Below, in pieces: positions 1 through 14,039 of a DNA stretch of 64,000 nucleotides; the first letter of the stretch is position 1; each line of letters opens with the position of its first letter. The notes under the pieces were generated by a model. The model was not told the origin of the DNA. It did no database searches and saw only the letters and a program-made list of their open reading frames with translations. The stretch comes from the human T2T-CHM13v2.0 reference genome, Homo sapiens: NCBI RefSeq assembly GCF_009914755.1, contig NC_060939.1; one strand, written 5' to 3'. The translations under genes and the position numbers were made by a program.

Positions 1-490
1 TGCTGCTATAAAGACACATGCACACGTATGTTTATTGCGGCATTATTCACAATAGCAAAGACTTGGAACCAACCCAAATGTCCAACAATGATAGACTGGA
101 TTAAGAAAATGTGGCACATATACACCATGGAATACTATGCAGCCATAAAAAATGATGAGTTCATGTCCTTTGTAGGGACATGGATGAAATTGGAAATCAT
201 CATTCTCAGTAAACTATCGCAAGAACAAAAAACCAAACACCGCATATTCTCACTCATAGGTGGGAATTGAACAATGAGATCTCATGGACACAGGAAGGGG
301 AATATCACACTCTGGGGACTGTGGTGGGGTGGGGGGAGGGGGGAGGGATAGCATTGGGAGATATACCTAATGCTAGATGACGAGTTAGTGGGTGCAGCGC
401 ACCAGAATGGCACATGTATACATATGTAACTAACCTGCACAATGTGCACATGTACCCTAAAACTTAAAGTATAATAAAAAAAAAAAAAAA
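1..490 (+). mobile_element. Young LINE-1 3' end (L1PA2-like): ORF2 C-terminus, 3'UTR and poly(A); truncated by window start
   Basis: ORF 28-270 matches the L1 ORF2p C-terminus (MFIAALFTIAKTWNQPKCP...SLIGGN). G-rich 3'UTR has GATGACGAGTTAG (GAG, not the Ta ACA diagnostic). Poly(A) at ~476-490. Confidence 0.93.
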
Positions 491-872
491 GAAAATGTGG
501 CACATATAAACCATGGAATATTATGCAGCCATAAAAAAGGATGAGTTCATGTCCTTTGCAGGGACATGGATGAAGCTGGAAGCCATCATTCTCAGCAAAA
601 TATCACAAGGACAGAAAACCAAACACCACATGTTCTCACTCACAAGTGGGAGTTGAACAATGAGAACACATGGACACAGGGAGGGGAACGTCACACACCA
701 GGGTCTGTTGGAGGGTGGGATACTGGGGAAGGGATAGCATTCAGAGAAATACCTAATGTAAATGATGAGTTGATGGGTGCAGCAAACCAACATGGCACAT
801 GTATACCTATGTAACGAACCTGCATGTTGTGCACATGTACCCCAGAACTTAAAGTATAATAAAAAAATAAAC
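491..872 (+). mobile_element. Older L1PA (PA5-PA7-like) 3' end, host of the young L1
   Basis: Second diverged ORF2 C-terminus/3'UTR copy starting GAAAATGTGGCACAT and ending AACTTAAAGTATAATAAAAAAA. Confidence 0.88.
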
Positions 873-874
873 AA

Positions 875-2307
875 AGCAGCTATAACTATTCAAGTACAGG
901 TTTTTGAGTGACTACATATTATGATATCAAATGGATAGATAAAATGGAGTTGAATTGCTAAGTCATATGGTAAGGTAAGGTATGTTTAACTTTATAAGAA
1001 ACTGCCAAACTGGTTTCCAAAATGGTTGCTTCCTTTTGCATTTGTACCAGCAATGTATGAGTTCCAGTTATTCTGAATCCTTACCAGTACTTGGCATTAT
1101 CAATTAGAATTCTTTTCTTTTCTTTTTCTTTTTAGTTATTCTGATAGGCATGTAATGGTATTTCATTGTGATTTTATTTGCATCTCCCTTATGACTAATG
1201 ATGCTGAGCATCTTTAATGTGCTTATTTGCTACCCATATTTTTTTTGGCTTATTGTTTAAACCTTTTTATTGACGTTTTATTTTAATTGCTTTCTTATTG
1301 CTGTTGTTTGATACTTTTATACATGCTGTATACAAGTCCTAGATCAGATATGTAATTTGCAAGTATTTTCTCCCAGTCTGTGACTTGTTTCATTCTCACC
1401 ACGTATCTTTAGAAGAATCAAAATACTTGATTTTTAATATGTTCAGTTTATCAATCTTTTTATCTTATGGATTGTGCTTTTGGTGTTGTATCTAAGAAAT
1501 CTTAGCCTAACCCAAGTTCACAAAGATCTTCTCTCTTGTTTTTTTCCCCAGAAATTTTATAGTTTTAGGTCCATATTTAGGCCTGATTAATTTTGAATTA
1601 ATTTTTATACGGGGTGTAAATGTGGATTCTGGTTTACATTTTGTGTATGAGTATCCAAACTGTCCAGCACCATTTGTCAAAAAGATTACTTTTTCTCCAT
1701 TGTATTGCCTTTGCATCATTGTTAATAATCAATTGCCCATATATTTGTAGATTCTTAATTCTGTTCCAGTGATCTATGTGTTTATCCTTCCATCAGTACT
1801 ACACTACCTTGATTACTATAGCTTTATCATATATCTTAAAATCAGGTAGTGTGAGTCTTCCAACATTATGCTCTTTTTTGTTTTTCAAAATTATTTTGTC
1901 CATTCTAGTTCCTTTGTCTTTCCATTTAAATTTTAGAACTAGCTTGCCAATTTTTACCAAATACCCTACTGGGATTTTTATTGAATGTGTGTTGAATCTA
2001 GAGATCAGTTTGAGAAGAATTAACATCTTAACAATATTATGATTTTTAAATCCATAAATACAGTATATCTCTCCATTTATTTAAGTCTCTTTTTATTTCT
2101 TTTATCAGTGCTCTGCAGTTTTCAGTGTACAGATCTTGCACAGATTTTTGAGATGTATACTTAAGTATTTCATGTTTTTGGTGCTATTTGAAGTGATATT
2201 GCGTCTAAAATTTTGATTTTTAATGGCTCTTTAATATTTTACAGAAATCAATAGCTTTTTTTTGTATACTGATCTTGCTCAACTCACTTATTAGTTCTAG
2301 TAGCTTT
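875..2307 (-). mobile_element. Ancient L1M (L1MC-like) ORF2 fragment, left part
   Basis: Minus-strand ORFs 1507-1719 and 1799-2026 carry degenerate ORF2p motifs (RFNTHSIKIP, LTLPDFKIYDKA). Confidence 0.85.
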
Positions 2308-3669
2308 ATTTTTTAATTTAAAAATTTTAAAAAGATTTTTTAGGGCAATTTTGAGTTCACAGCAAAATTGAGTGAAAGGCACCTGAAAGAATCAACAACA
2401 AAAAAACCTCCTAGAAGTAATATGATTACAGCAAAATTGCAGACTGCAAGGTTAAAGATGTGTATAAAAGTCAAATGCTTTTCTATATTCAGCAATGAAC
2501 AAGTGAAATGTGGAATAAAAAACCACAATATCATTTACACGACCACCCCCAAAATGAAGTACTTAGGTTTAAATCTAACAAAATATGTGCAAGATCTGTT
2601 TGAGGAAAATGACAAAACGCTAATAAAGAAATAAAAGAAGAACTAAATAAATAAAGAAATATTTCATGTTCATGGATAGGAAGACTCATTATTGTCAAGA
2701 TGTCAGTTATTCCCAACTCGATCTATAGATTAAGTACAGTCCTAATCAAAATTCTAGCAAGTCACTTTATGGATATTGACAAACTGATTCTAAAGTTTAT
2801 ATGGAGATGCAGAAGGCCTAGAATAGTGAAATCAGTATTGAAGGAGAAAAACAAAGTTTGAAGACCAACACTACCCAACTTCAAGACTTACTGTAAAGGT
2901 ACAGTAATCAGGACAGTGTGATACTTACTTAATAGTAAGATACAAAACTATAAAAATCCTAGGAAATAACATAAGAGAAAAACTAGATGATCTTGGGTAT
3001 GGTGATGTCATTTTAGATAAAACACCAAAGGCATGATTCATGAAATAAATAATTGACAAGCTAAAATTTATTAAAATCAAAAACTTATACTCTGTGAAGG
3101 AGAATGTTAAGAGAATGAGAAAACAAGCAGTAGACTGGGAGAAAATATATGTAAAAGATAAATTTGATAAAATACTGTTATCCAGAATATACAAATAATT
3201 TTTAAAACTCAACATTAAAAAACCAAACAACTCAATTAAAAAATGAGCCAAATAACTTGACAGACACCTCCCCAAAGAAGATATACAGATGGCTATTAAG
3301 CAAGTAAAAAGGTGCTCCATATCATACGTCATTTGGAAAATACAGATTAAAATAACCATAAAATGCCACCACATGCCTACTAGGATGGCCAAAATTCAGA
3401 ACACTTATAGCACCAATGCTGGCAAGGATTCATTGCTGAACTCTCATTTGTTGATTAATTCCTGGTGGGAATGCAAAAATGGCACAGCTATTTTGGAAGA
3501 TAGTTCGGCAGTTTCTTACAAAACTAAGCGTACTCTTACCATATGATCCAGCAATTATGCTTGGTATTTGCTGAAAGGAGCTGAAAACTTACATCCACAC
3601 AAAAACCTGCACACAGATGTTTATAGCAGCATTATTTATAATTATCAAAACTTGTAAGCAACCAAAATG
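2308..3669. mobile_element. L1MC/MD-like insertion with 5' inversion (short minus-strand 3' end plus plus-strand ORF2 segment)
   Basis: T-rich tail and L1MC-type 3' terminus at 2308-2380. Plus-strand ORF2 remnants (MKYLGLNLTKYVQDL) at 2381-3669. Flanked by TCTAGTAGCTTT (2296-2307) and TCTAATAGCTTT (3670-3681). Confidence 0.75.
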
Positions 3670-5540
3670 TCTAATAGCTTTCTGGCAGATTCTTTGGGGT
3701 TCATCTACATTGACAATCATGTTGTCTGTGAGGAGAGAGTTTTATTTTTCCCTTTTGTAATATGTATGTTTTTATTTCTTTCTCTTGTTTTGTTATACTG
3801 GCTAGGATTCCAGTATGATATTAAATATGAATAGCGAGAATTGACAATCTTGCTTTAGTCTCAATCTTAATTTAGTCATTTACCATTAAGTATGATGTTA
3901 GCTGTAGAGTTTTTTTTAAGATACCATTTATCAGGTTGTAGAAGTTCTCTTCTATTTCTGGTTTTCTTAGTTTTTTTTTTTTTAAATCAGGAACGGGTGT
4001 TGGATTTTTTTAAAGGTTTTTTTCTGTATCTAATGAGATGAGTGCATGGTTTTCCTTCTTTGATTTGTTGACATGATAAATTACATTGACTGATTTTCAA
4101 ATGTTGAATCAGCTTTCCATTCCCTGAGATAAATTCTATTTGGTCATGATCTATTCCTCTTTTTACATATTGATGAATTCAATTTGATAGAATGTTGTTG
4201 AGAATTTTGGTATCTATTTTACTGAGGAATACTGGTTGGTAGTCCTTTCCTGCTGAATTCCCCATCTGTTCATGTATGCTGTCCACCTTTTACACTTGAG
4301 CCTTTAAAATATTAAATGTAATTATTTAGAATTTCATATCAGATAGTTCCAATATCTGGGTCATATCTGAACCAATTCTGTTAGTGGCTTTTTCTTGCTT
4401 AAGTTTCTCATAAACGTTTTTCTGTTTTTTTTTTTTCCTTTCTGGTTCTTCATGTGTCTCATAATTTTTGTGTGAAAGCTGGGTATCTTTAGGACATTAA
4501 AGGCCTGAGAAAATATATGAATGGCCACAATGGGCACCCTCTTTTATTTTCAGACCTTTAATGTGTGTTTGTGTGTGTGTGTATGCATGTGTTAGTGAGC
4601 TAGTTGAATCAGGAATCAGGAGTTGATCAGGGTTTTGTGGTTGCTATGGTTACTCTCAGTGAACCATAGTCTTCAAATTCCTGTAGCATTAATTTGCATT
4701 TAGGTGGGGCTAGGCTTCTGGAGTTTTTTTCCCTGTGCTTTCTGTTTATCCTCAGCTTTAGGCTTTCCCTGTGAATCTTTACTTCAGAGAGTTTCTCTTC
4801 ATGTTCTTGCTTCTCTGCTGTTGTTTGCTACTTGATTCTCGCTAGCCTGGTGTTGGGGAGGTGGAATGGGGAATGTTTTCTGCTTTCATGGTTTGTCCAC
4901 AGTCTCAGCCAGTCTGAACCTTGTAAGTGAGGCCTTTGGAGTAGGCCTAGGCCTTTCAATGTTAGGGGTTTCTAATGGCTTGGGCTTGCAATATTTTCTT
5001 CCTGTCTCCCAGAGATACACGTTTTTTCCTTCCTTTCTTCCAGCTGCAGTGGGTATTCACCTGTGCTGGAGAGTGACTGAGCTTGTTGCCCTTTCTCCAG
5101 CAGCTTAAAGTTTTTGCTTCATTGGCAAAATATGGGAAAAGACTCTGGGCAGGACTTCATGCCTTTCTTGCAGTGGCAACTGCTCCCCTTTTCCAGGTCT
5201 CCACCACTGAGAGTGGTTTCTCTGGTTTCCCACTCCACTTCCATTCATTTTTGTGAGCACCCTGTGAGGTCTGTGAAGAACTTGTGGTTGGTGTTGACTT
5301 CCTTTGTGTCTGTAGCTTCCACGAGTTCTGTGGTTGCTTACTCTCAGCCTTTAGCAATTTGTTAAAAATTTTAGGTGAATTCTTCTTACCAGCTTATATA
5401 ATACTCAATGTCTGTTCCAGGTAAATCAGTGGTCATGTCCTGTTTCTTCTCGGAGGCACTTGTCTTACCTTAGACTTCAGGCTACCAATTTGCCCTGCAA
5501 CCTCAGCTCTCTCATGGGTTCAATAAAAATTATAACTCGA
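3670..5540 (-). mobile_element. Continuation of the ancient L1M: ORF2 to ~4250, then L1MC-type 5' region after a large internal deletion
   Basis: Host sequence resumes in register after the TSD. 4270-4390 and 5490-5540 resemble recalled L1MC 5'-end consensus. Confidence 0.6.
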
Positions 5541-5639
5541 GTTATTCTAAACAATACAGTTTGAAATAATTTGATTTTAATAATATAAATAATTATGACT
5601 CAAATTATTGAACAATATCTGGAATTACCCTCATTGTAA

Positions 5640-6053
<414 letters not shown>

Positions 6054-7038
6054 TGCACCAAATGTTTTTAAGAATTTTATGGCCATCTTTTTAAGGTCAG
6101 AATTCAACCAATCAACAAATATGGATTAAAGAGCAAGTTTGTGTCTATTAAGGTATCAGGTGGTAGGTTTTAACCTGAAAGCCATTTCCATTGGATTGGA
6201 AGTAGTTGCCTGAAATGCTGTGTTGAAAGGATTGTGAGACAAATTTGACTTTTGTACCTAATTGATGAGGTCTGCCATGAGCACAGAGTGGCTGAGAAGG
6301 AGCTCTCATGGCATAGTTTAGCTTTTCTTGATTAGTCTCTAAGGCAATGGGGAAAGTATGGGAGAAGGGGGTGAGAAGTTTCTTAATCAAAGGAATTTGT
6401 TGTCTAGTTGGAGAGGAGTTACATGAGCTGGTAGAACAGTTGGAGGCAGTATGCAATAAAAGTTTAAACTGCACAGGTATTGCAAGGTGATAGATTTGGG
6501 GAAGGGAGAGATCCTTGTGGGATTCAGTGATCTTGGAAAGCATGTTCACCCAGGAAGAGAGCTCAGAAGCCCTGCCATAGCCAAGAGAGTGAGGTCAGTT
6601 CTGAGACTACTGAGTTCTGCGTGATGGTGCATCTTACAAGTAGAAATGTTCTATGTAGGGGGAAAGACCACAGGAGGAATGCTGGGCTGACATCATCATC
6701 AGACAATTGATAATGAAAAGCAATGAGACGACATGAGCTGACTGAGGGAGCAAGTGTATATAAAGGAGAAGGAAAAAGTGAGAACTTGGGTTGGCAGAGT
6801 GGGGAGTGATACTCTTAGGAAGCGGAGGAGGAATTGCTGGTGAAGGAGGCAAAGCTATGATGACTGCACAACAGCTGATATCTCAGACACCTACTCATAC
6901 TTCAAGCCCAAGACAATCCTTCTCTCTGTTGTGGCTTTTCAGATCTTCCTTGGGCAGAATACATTGTTTTCTCCCCTTGGTTCCCCAGCCCTTTGTTCAA
7001 ACTATGTATGGCACTTATTACATTATATTATAGTTAGT

Positions 7039-7089
7039 GGTGTGTGTGTGTGTGTGTGTCTGTGTGTGTGTCTGTGTCAGTGTGTGTGT
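7039..7089. repeat. Interrupted (TG)n microsatellite
   Basis: Directly visible. Confidence 0.9.
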
Positions 7090-9471
7090 ATTGAACTGTT
7101 ATTTTGTAAGTCATTTTTGGCTTTGGGCTGTGTCTTATTCACCACTTTTCACCATTGAATCACATTTTTTTGGCACACCATCTATGCTTAAGTAATGCTT
7201 GTGAAATTGAATTAAAAATGACATCTGACAAGGGTCAAGTGAAAACGTTTTGGGTTTGACAAGAAGGGAGTGAATGCACTTTCAAGGGAGCAGTTTCAGG
7301 ACAGTGATAGAGACTGTTCTGAAGTTCTGGTTTTGTTCTAGTTCAATTGTTTTAGGAACCATAGAGATGTGGTTACTGCTTTGAATCATATCAACTCAAC
7401 CTTTCCACTAAAGCAAAAAATGTTCACATCTATATTGAAAGTGCAGCAATTAAAAATACTAATGGCTTGCAAATTTCTCTTTAATAAAATCCCAGAGAAC
7501 ATAAGATTTTTTTTGATATGTTATGAGCAATTAGGAAAAATATTTGCAAATGAATACTAATGCATAATTGTGGAAGAAGAGAATGTGCCCTGCTGGTTAG
7601 GGTTAAGTGAGATACGGTACAAAGATTAAAATGGTTTCTAGAGGTAATTTAAACCCAAGAATTTTCTCTACTTTATGATGATTTAACCTAAGATAATAGT
7701 GTAGTCAGAGGAAACAGAGAGCAACTTTTCAGAACTCCTTCAGCTTCTCACTACACAACAACAAAATGCCACCAGGTAAAGCATTTCTTCTCCTGTATAA
7801 AACTAATTCTTCTACCATTTCCTGGTTTCTGTCCCTGTCGCCTCCTCAGGGACTCACTCTAGTGGTTATTCTCTTTCTTGTGCCTGCAATCTCTCTAGCT
7901 TTGTTGGCTTTTTTCTCTCAAGTTCCAGCACACTCATGTTTCTCCCACCTCTAAAACAAAAGCCCAACCGTCTTGGTCTTCAGCTTTCCTCCGTATCTTG
8001 TCTTTCTTTGGTCCCCCATCCAGTCAGATTCCTAGAAGTGCTCTAGACGCAATGCCTTCACTTTTTTAAAGCAAGAGAGCTAAGGAGCAGAAGATCTCAT
8101 CTATTTAGGTGATTTACTTGAGTGAAGACAAGTTACTGGATTAAATAAACCTCTCAGGGATGTTTAAACTTTACAACCTAATATATTTATAAAATTCAAT
8201 GAGCTATTTGGATAGAAAATGGTTTTTAGGAACAAATCCCAACTTAGGTAGCAACAAGTAGTCATACATATTAAAATATAAAATTTCTAAAAATCAAAAC
8301 CTTCCTGTTGTTTTGATTTTCTAGTTAGAACATTACACCTAAATTAGGCATTCAGAAGAGACACACCTAATTCAACTGGAAATCATTCTCTAGACATAAA
8401 GAGGTGTAACAGAAGTGTTGCTGGTTTAAGACATTTGCAATTACACAATTAAATTAAAGAACTTGAAAAATGGAAGCTCTTATAAGTTAATTGGTGTTGA
8501 TGGTAGAAGTGTACACAAGGAAAGACATAGAATTTGCATTTGCCAAATTATAGGGTGAAGGTAAGAGGAAGAAGTGAAAGCTGTTTGCTTGGACCACTTT
8601 CCAACAAAAACATGTATATGCTTTTTGAGCTTTAAAGAACATCACTTTGTGTTTTTCAGGACCAGAAGTGCTGCCGCCAGGACATGGTCCCAGGAGAGAG
8701 CTCCCACGCAGAATATTAGAATTACAGGTGAATTACATGCTGAAACTGGTAGGGCTCTTAACTCATGGTTTCCACTGCATCATCTTCTTTGAGATTTGCT
8801 GGGATTCGCTTTCACTTTTCCATGTCTATTAGGAATTTTACCGAAAATAATTTCTCTACTTTTTGCCCAAGTGGTTCAGAAAAATACAACTGGGCTCTTC
8901 TCAGAAAATACTTGACTGCTTTTGCTAAAATGTTTCCTGGACTGTAAGATCAGAGCCATTGTGTACAGCTGTGCAGGTTGTACACTGAACATGGCCAAGA
9001 AGGTTGAACAACTCCATGATCTAACTACAAAGATCATGTAATTAATACAACACGGTAGCTCAGCAAACGGTGTGCAGTGAAGATTCAAATGGCAGATAGG
9101 CTTCTTCGGGGTGGCCTGCTATATATAAGTGTAAAACAAAGTTCAGATCATGATAACTGCTAATAAGATTTTAATTGTCATGTAGAAGTGTTTCAAGAAC
9201 CCATTATCAACTTGATGTGGGTGTTCCTTATTAGCTCAAATGAGGAGGACAGGGAATTATCTTCAAAGTCTGACTTTAAATGAGCTGCCAGGTGTCATGG
9301 CCATCACCATTTCTTTAGTGATCATTTATTGTGTGCCAAATCCTGTGTTAGGCACGCTGAGATTTCTCACTGCAGTGACACTGTACTAAACCTGTAACAA
9401 GTTTGATTGCTTCAAGAACTGGAAAACTGTAGTAGAAGAATGCCCAGAAAAATACAAGAATTAGAGTACAC

Positions 9472-9595
9472 TAACTCACGACTGTAATCCTAGCACTTTG
9501 GGAGGCCAAAGCAGGAGGATCACTTGAGGCCAGGCGTTTGAGACCAGTCTGGGTTAGGCCGAACTCAAATGCTTGAGAGTTTGACTCCATCTCTA

Positions 9596-9635
<40 letters not shown>

Positions 9636-9820
9636 AAGAAAGAAAAAAGAAAAAAAAAAGTTAGCTGAGTGTGATGGCACATGCCTGTAGTCTTAGCTAC
9701 TTGGAAGGCTAAGGCAGAAAGATCACTTGAGCCCCGGCATTTGAGGCTGCAGAGAGCTATGATCACACCACTACACTCCAGAGTGAGACCTTATCTCTAA
9801 AAACAAAAAAGAAAAAATAA
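9472..9820 (+). mobile_element. AluJ with expanded central A-tract and a non-Alu insert
   Basis: CTGTAATCCTAGCACTTTGGGAGG left arm, A37 at 9597-9633, right arm with small deletion. Confidence 0.9.
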
Positions 9821-10389
9821 GGAATTATATTAAGATGTAAGAATTGAATTTGAAATAGCTTCATTTATATAAATGGCAATTAGTTTCTTAAGGATTATAA
9901 TTTCTATTTATCTTTTCCACATGTTCTGAAAAGGCATTAAGCTGCAGTGTAATGCTTTCTATTATCAGTAGGTGCCAAGTTGCTGAGTGAAGTAAAGCGA
10001 GCTTCTGTTCCTGTGGATACAGAGGGATGGCTGTGTGACCTCTGGAAGTCCCTTTGGTTAAGCGCTAAGGCTTAATGATTCTTTGGCTCAGGACCAAAGT
10101 CACATAATGTTCAGACCATAAGCCTCCAATGTTAGCTTTAAATTTAGCACAGACTTATGTAGTCATTATCATCCTTTCTTTGAGGTCTTAAAGTGCGGGC
10201 AATCTTTTTACCTGAGTTATAAGCTAGGAGCTCATGAAGCCCAGTTTAGTATTAGAAAAAGTAAGGCCATCAAATTATTGTGAGGTATCAAATATTTTGT
10301 GTGTTGGGCAGTTATCTTTAATGCAGAAGAAGCTCAGTTTTCTAAATAGTTAAGCTAATTTTGAAAGATTTCTTTTTTCTCTGTTGATA

Positions 10390-10960
10390 GTTCTTGAGTT
10401 TAGACTTTGAAGCTGGAGAAAACTGAGTTTGCTTTCTGACTCCACCGCTCATCAGCTTTGTGATGATGATAATAACAAGAATTATAATAATGGCTGACAT
10501 TTCTAATGAGCTTTTGTGCCAGGACCCGGGATAAGTGTTTCATGTATTATTTAATTTATTGCGCATGATGACCATAAGGTGGGTCCTTTAATTATTCCCA
10601 TTTTATAGATCAGAAAAAGTAGGCTTACAGCCCACACATAATATGCTACACTGATCCCTGGTTAGAGTACTCTTGCTTCAGTACTTCTGGGTAAGATACA
10701 GCTTAAAGCCAGATAGCAGAGCAGTTAAAAGCTCAGACTTTGGATCCAGATTGCCTGGATGGAAATCTTGTCTTAGTTACTTACTAGCTGGGAAAGTTAC
10801 TTAAATGTTTTGTGCTTCACTTTCCTTATCTGTAAAATGTGGCTAATCAGCATAATAATTTTACCTCTTAAGATAACTGAGAGATTTAACTGAAGTTAAA
10901 GTTGTGAAGTGCCAATAATCTAGTATATGAGACGTGTCCAATAAATATTAGCCACTGGTA
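10390..10960. mobile_element. Cluster of MIR fragments in both orientations
   Basis: MIR core motifs CCCATTTTATAGAT and TTCCTTATCTGTAAAATG. Confidence 0.7.
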
Positions 10961-11139
10961 AAATAGCACTCGGTAAGGCTGAAGAAGATAGCTTCTGGAA
11001 TTAGCTCCCAGTAGTTTCAAGTGGACTTGGACATTTATTATACTAAACAGTGAATGATTGGTATTGGATGGGTCTGAATTGATGTGGAGGGGTAAAAGTG
11101 CACTGTACCCCTGAAGTGGGAGGTGAAAGAAAGCTAAAT

Positions 11140-11958
11140 ATCCTTCCTCTTCTATTATCAAAAAGACAAAAACCAACAAATGCAGAGAAAAGGGACTCGG
11201 ACACCGTTGGTGGGAATGTAAACTAGTATAGCTACTGTGGAGAACAGTATGGAGGTCTTTCAGAAAACTATGAATACAAGTACCATATGATGCAGCAATA
11301 CCACCACTGGGAACTTATCCAAAGGAAAGGAAATCAGTATATCAGAGAGATAACTGGACCCCCATGTTTATTGCAGTGCTATTTACAATAGCCAGTATAT
11401 GGAATCAACCTAGGTGTCCAGCAACAGATGAATGAATAAATGAAAATGTGGCATATATACACCATGGAATACTATTCAGCTATAAAAAGTATGAAATCTT
11501 GCCATCTGTGGCAACATGGATGGAACTAGAGGACATTATGCTAAGTGAAATAAGCCAGGAACAGACAGTTAAGCACCACATATTTTCACTCATATGTGAA
11601 AACTGAAAATGTTGATCTCATAGAAGTAAAAAGTAGAACAGAGGCTACTGGAGGCTGGGAAGGGTAGGGAGAAGGGAGGTTTGGGAGAGATTTGTTAAAG
11701 GATACAAAATTACAGCTAGATAGGAAAAGTTCTCGTGTTCCATACCACAGAAGGATGACTATAGTTAACAGTGATATATTACATATTTTCAAATAGCTAG
11801 AAGGAGGATATTGAATATTCCCAACACAAAGAAACGACTGATGTTTGAGATGATGGATATACTAATTACCTTAAACTGATCACCATACATTTTCTGTATC
11901 AAAACATCGCTGTGTGCCTCATAAATATGTAAAATTATTATCTGTCAATTAAGAAAAA
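11140..11958 (+). mobile_element. L1MA-type 3' end
   Basis: ORF2 C-terminus remnant and L1MA 3'UTR (GGATACAAAATTACAGCTAGATAGG) ending TCAATTAAGAAAAA. Confidence 0.85.
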
Positions 11959-12681
11959 TTTTGGCCTGTTTTTTCTGTTACTGTCCCTCTTGTTCAGGAT
12001 ATCATTTGTCTATTTGCTTGAACTCTCCCTGGGTTGGGTCCATAGGCACCTTGCTCCTGGAAACTGGGGCTTATAGAGGGTGGTCAGGAGAAGGTGTGAG
12101 GATGTGAGCAATTGCTTTCCAGGACAGTGTGCTATGGTCATAAGGGTGGAAGGATGAAGTGAGAATCACTCTGTGTCTTCATGAATGGATTCACATTTAT
12201 TCATTGATAGGGAACGGCCTCAATCACAGTATCTTCTATTCTTTATGAATTGACTTTGTCTTCCAAAGCTTAGAAAGTAGATCTGTCTGGAACGAGAATG
12301 CTTTTTTTGCAGGGCCAGGGGAAGTTTGTGGGAGGGAGGGAGTGCATTTCCCTTTCCAGGAAGACCCTGGGCTGCCACTCTTCTTTCCTAGGAGCCTTTT
12401 TTGAGGCTCTCCTCTACTCCACGGATCAGGCATTGAAGACTGTCTGCATAGTCGTTTGGCTACTTTGTTTTGGAAAGGAAAGGGACTAATGTGTGCCACC
12501 TTTTGTGTCTCTGGAGATAGGAGAGAGGATAAAGACAACATAACCTGGGGGTAAAAAGATACCATTCACAGATTTCAGGATACTTTCTAAGGATGGCCTG
12601 GATCCTTCTTTTGTGCATTGATGGGGACCTCTAATAAACTGCAGTCCATTAGAGGTGGCTGCTCAAATGCAGAGTATAGAG

Positions 12682-12917
12682 CAGGGCTTCTCTACCTCCA
12701 CATGACTGCCATTTTGGGCAGGATGATTCTTTGTGGTGGGTGTGAGGGACTGTCTTGTGCATTGTGGGATGTTTACCAGCATCTCTGGCCTCGACCCACT
12801 AGATGCCAATAGCATTTCCCTTGGTTGTGACAACCAAAAATGCCTCTCCAGACATTGTCAAATATCCCTGGAGGTCTGGGTGAGGGGCAAAATTGCCCCT
12901 GCTGCTGAGAATCCCTG
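12682..12917 (-). mobile_element. MER20 (hAT-Charlie non-autonomous DNA transposon)
   Basis: TIR-like ends CAGGGCTTCTC...GAGAATCCCTG and internal CACTAGATGCCAATAGC / GACAACCAAAAATG. Confidence 0.85.
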
Positions 12918-14039
12918 GCATGGAGGGAGCAGCAATCCTTGATTACTTGCTCTGAGGTTTCAATGGCTTAGCATGAAATGGGCTAACTGCCTCAGTCTGA
13001 ACCTGAGAACACATCCAACAAGTTTGTTCATTCAACAGTATTTATTGAGATATTCTACTTTTGGCAAATATATGTTGGTCTCAGTCTAAGCATGTGCATA
13101 TAAAAATATGTGTGTGTAATGTATGGTGCTCTCTGGGAAGTACCTCATATTCTCAAGGGTAACAGGGGACTACAACTAGAGCTGTCCTACCTGCCTCTTC
13201 GGGCTTTGGATTAAATGTGGAAATGTGCCTGATGGAACTTTGCAAACACAAGAACAAACTATGCACAGGTGTTATGCATTGAAGTCAGGGATTGCATCAT
13301 GGATGCATTCTCTTCAGTTCTGGGTACCACATGGGCAGGTGCCAAGTCTTACCACTTCAGCAAATGCTGATTATGGTGACTTTGCGAGAAAAATAGGACA
13401 TGATCTTCTTGTAACTTATGACTCCCTACCTTTGCTCCCAGAGCACCTGCCTTCCCAGCCTTGGAGTAAGAATTGGGATATATATAGCAGTTCTCTCTGA
13501 CAGTGGCTGTAAGCTTCACTGGTCCATGGTGGCTGGTGTGGCTAGGGACTACGATTGCTGACTAGGATTGAGCCTGTGGGTATAAATGAAGGCTCTGGTT
13601 GTGGTAGGCACTGTATGCTGCACAGGACCAGATCTGACCTGGGAAGCATCAGTCAAGGGGGCTGCTGCCTGAACTGCATCTAGGGGGAACGTAATTCCAG
13701 GGGAGGTGGGGAGGTGGCAGCTAGATGTGGAGGGAGCTGGAAGGTAAGTACAAAATTGTGCTCAGGGTAAGCACAGAGCCACACAATTTAACCATCCATT
13801 TGGGTCTAGTAGCTGTGGCAGCTGTGGCAATATTATTCCAAGTTCAGAAAAACAGAGCTTGAGGAAGAGCCAGGCAGAGTGGAGGAGCAAGAAGCTTCTG
13901 GCTGGTTTTAGTGAATAGGGACAGAAATCCAAAATGTCTCTTGCAGGGTGCTGCCTGCCTGAGTGTGTCTAGAGGCCTAGAGATGGGCCAGAAAGTCTGG
14001 AATAGGAATGGGAGCTGGAGGAAATTTTCTGCTCTGACT

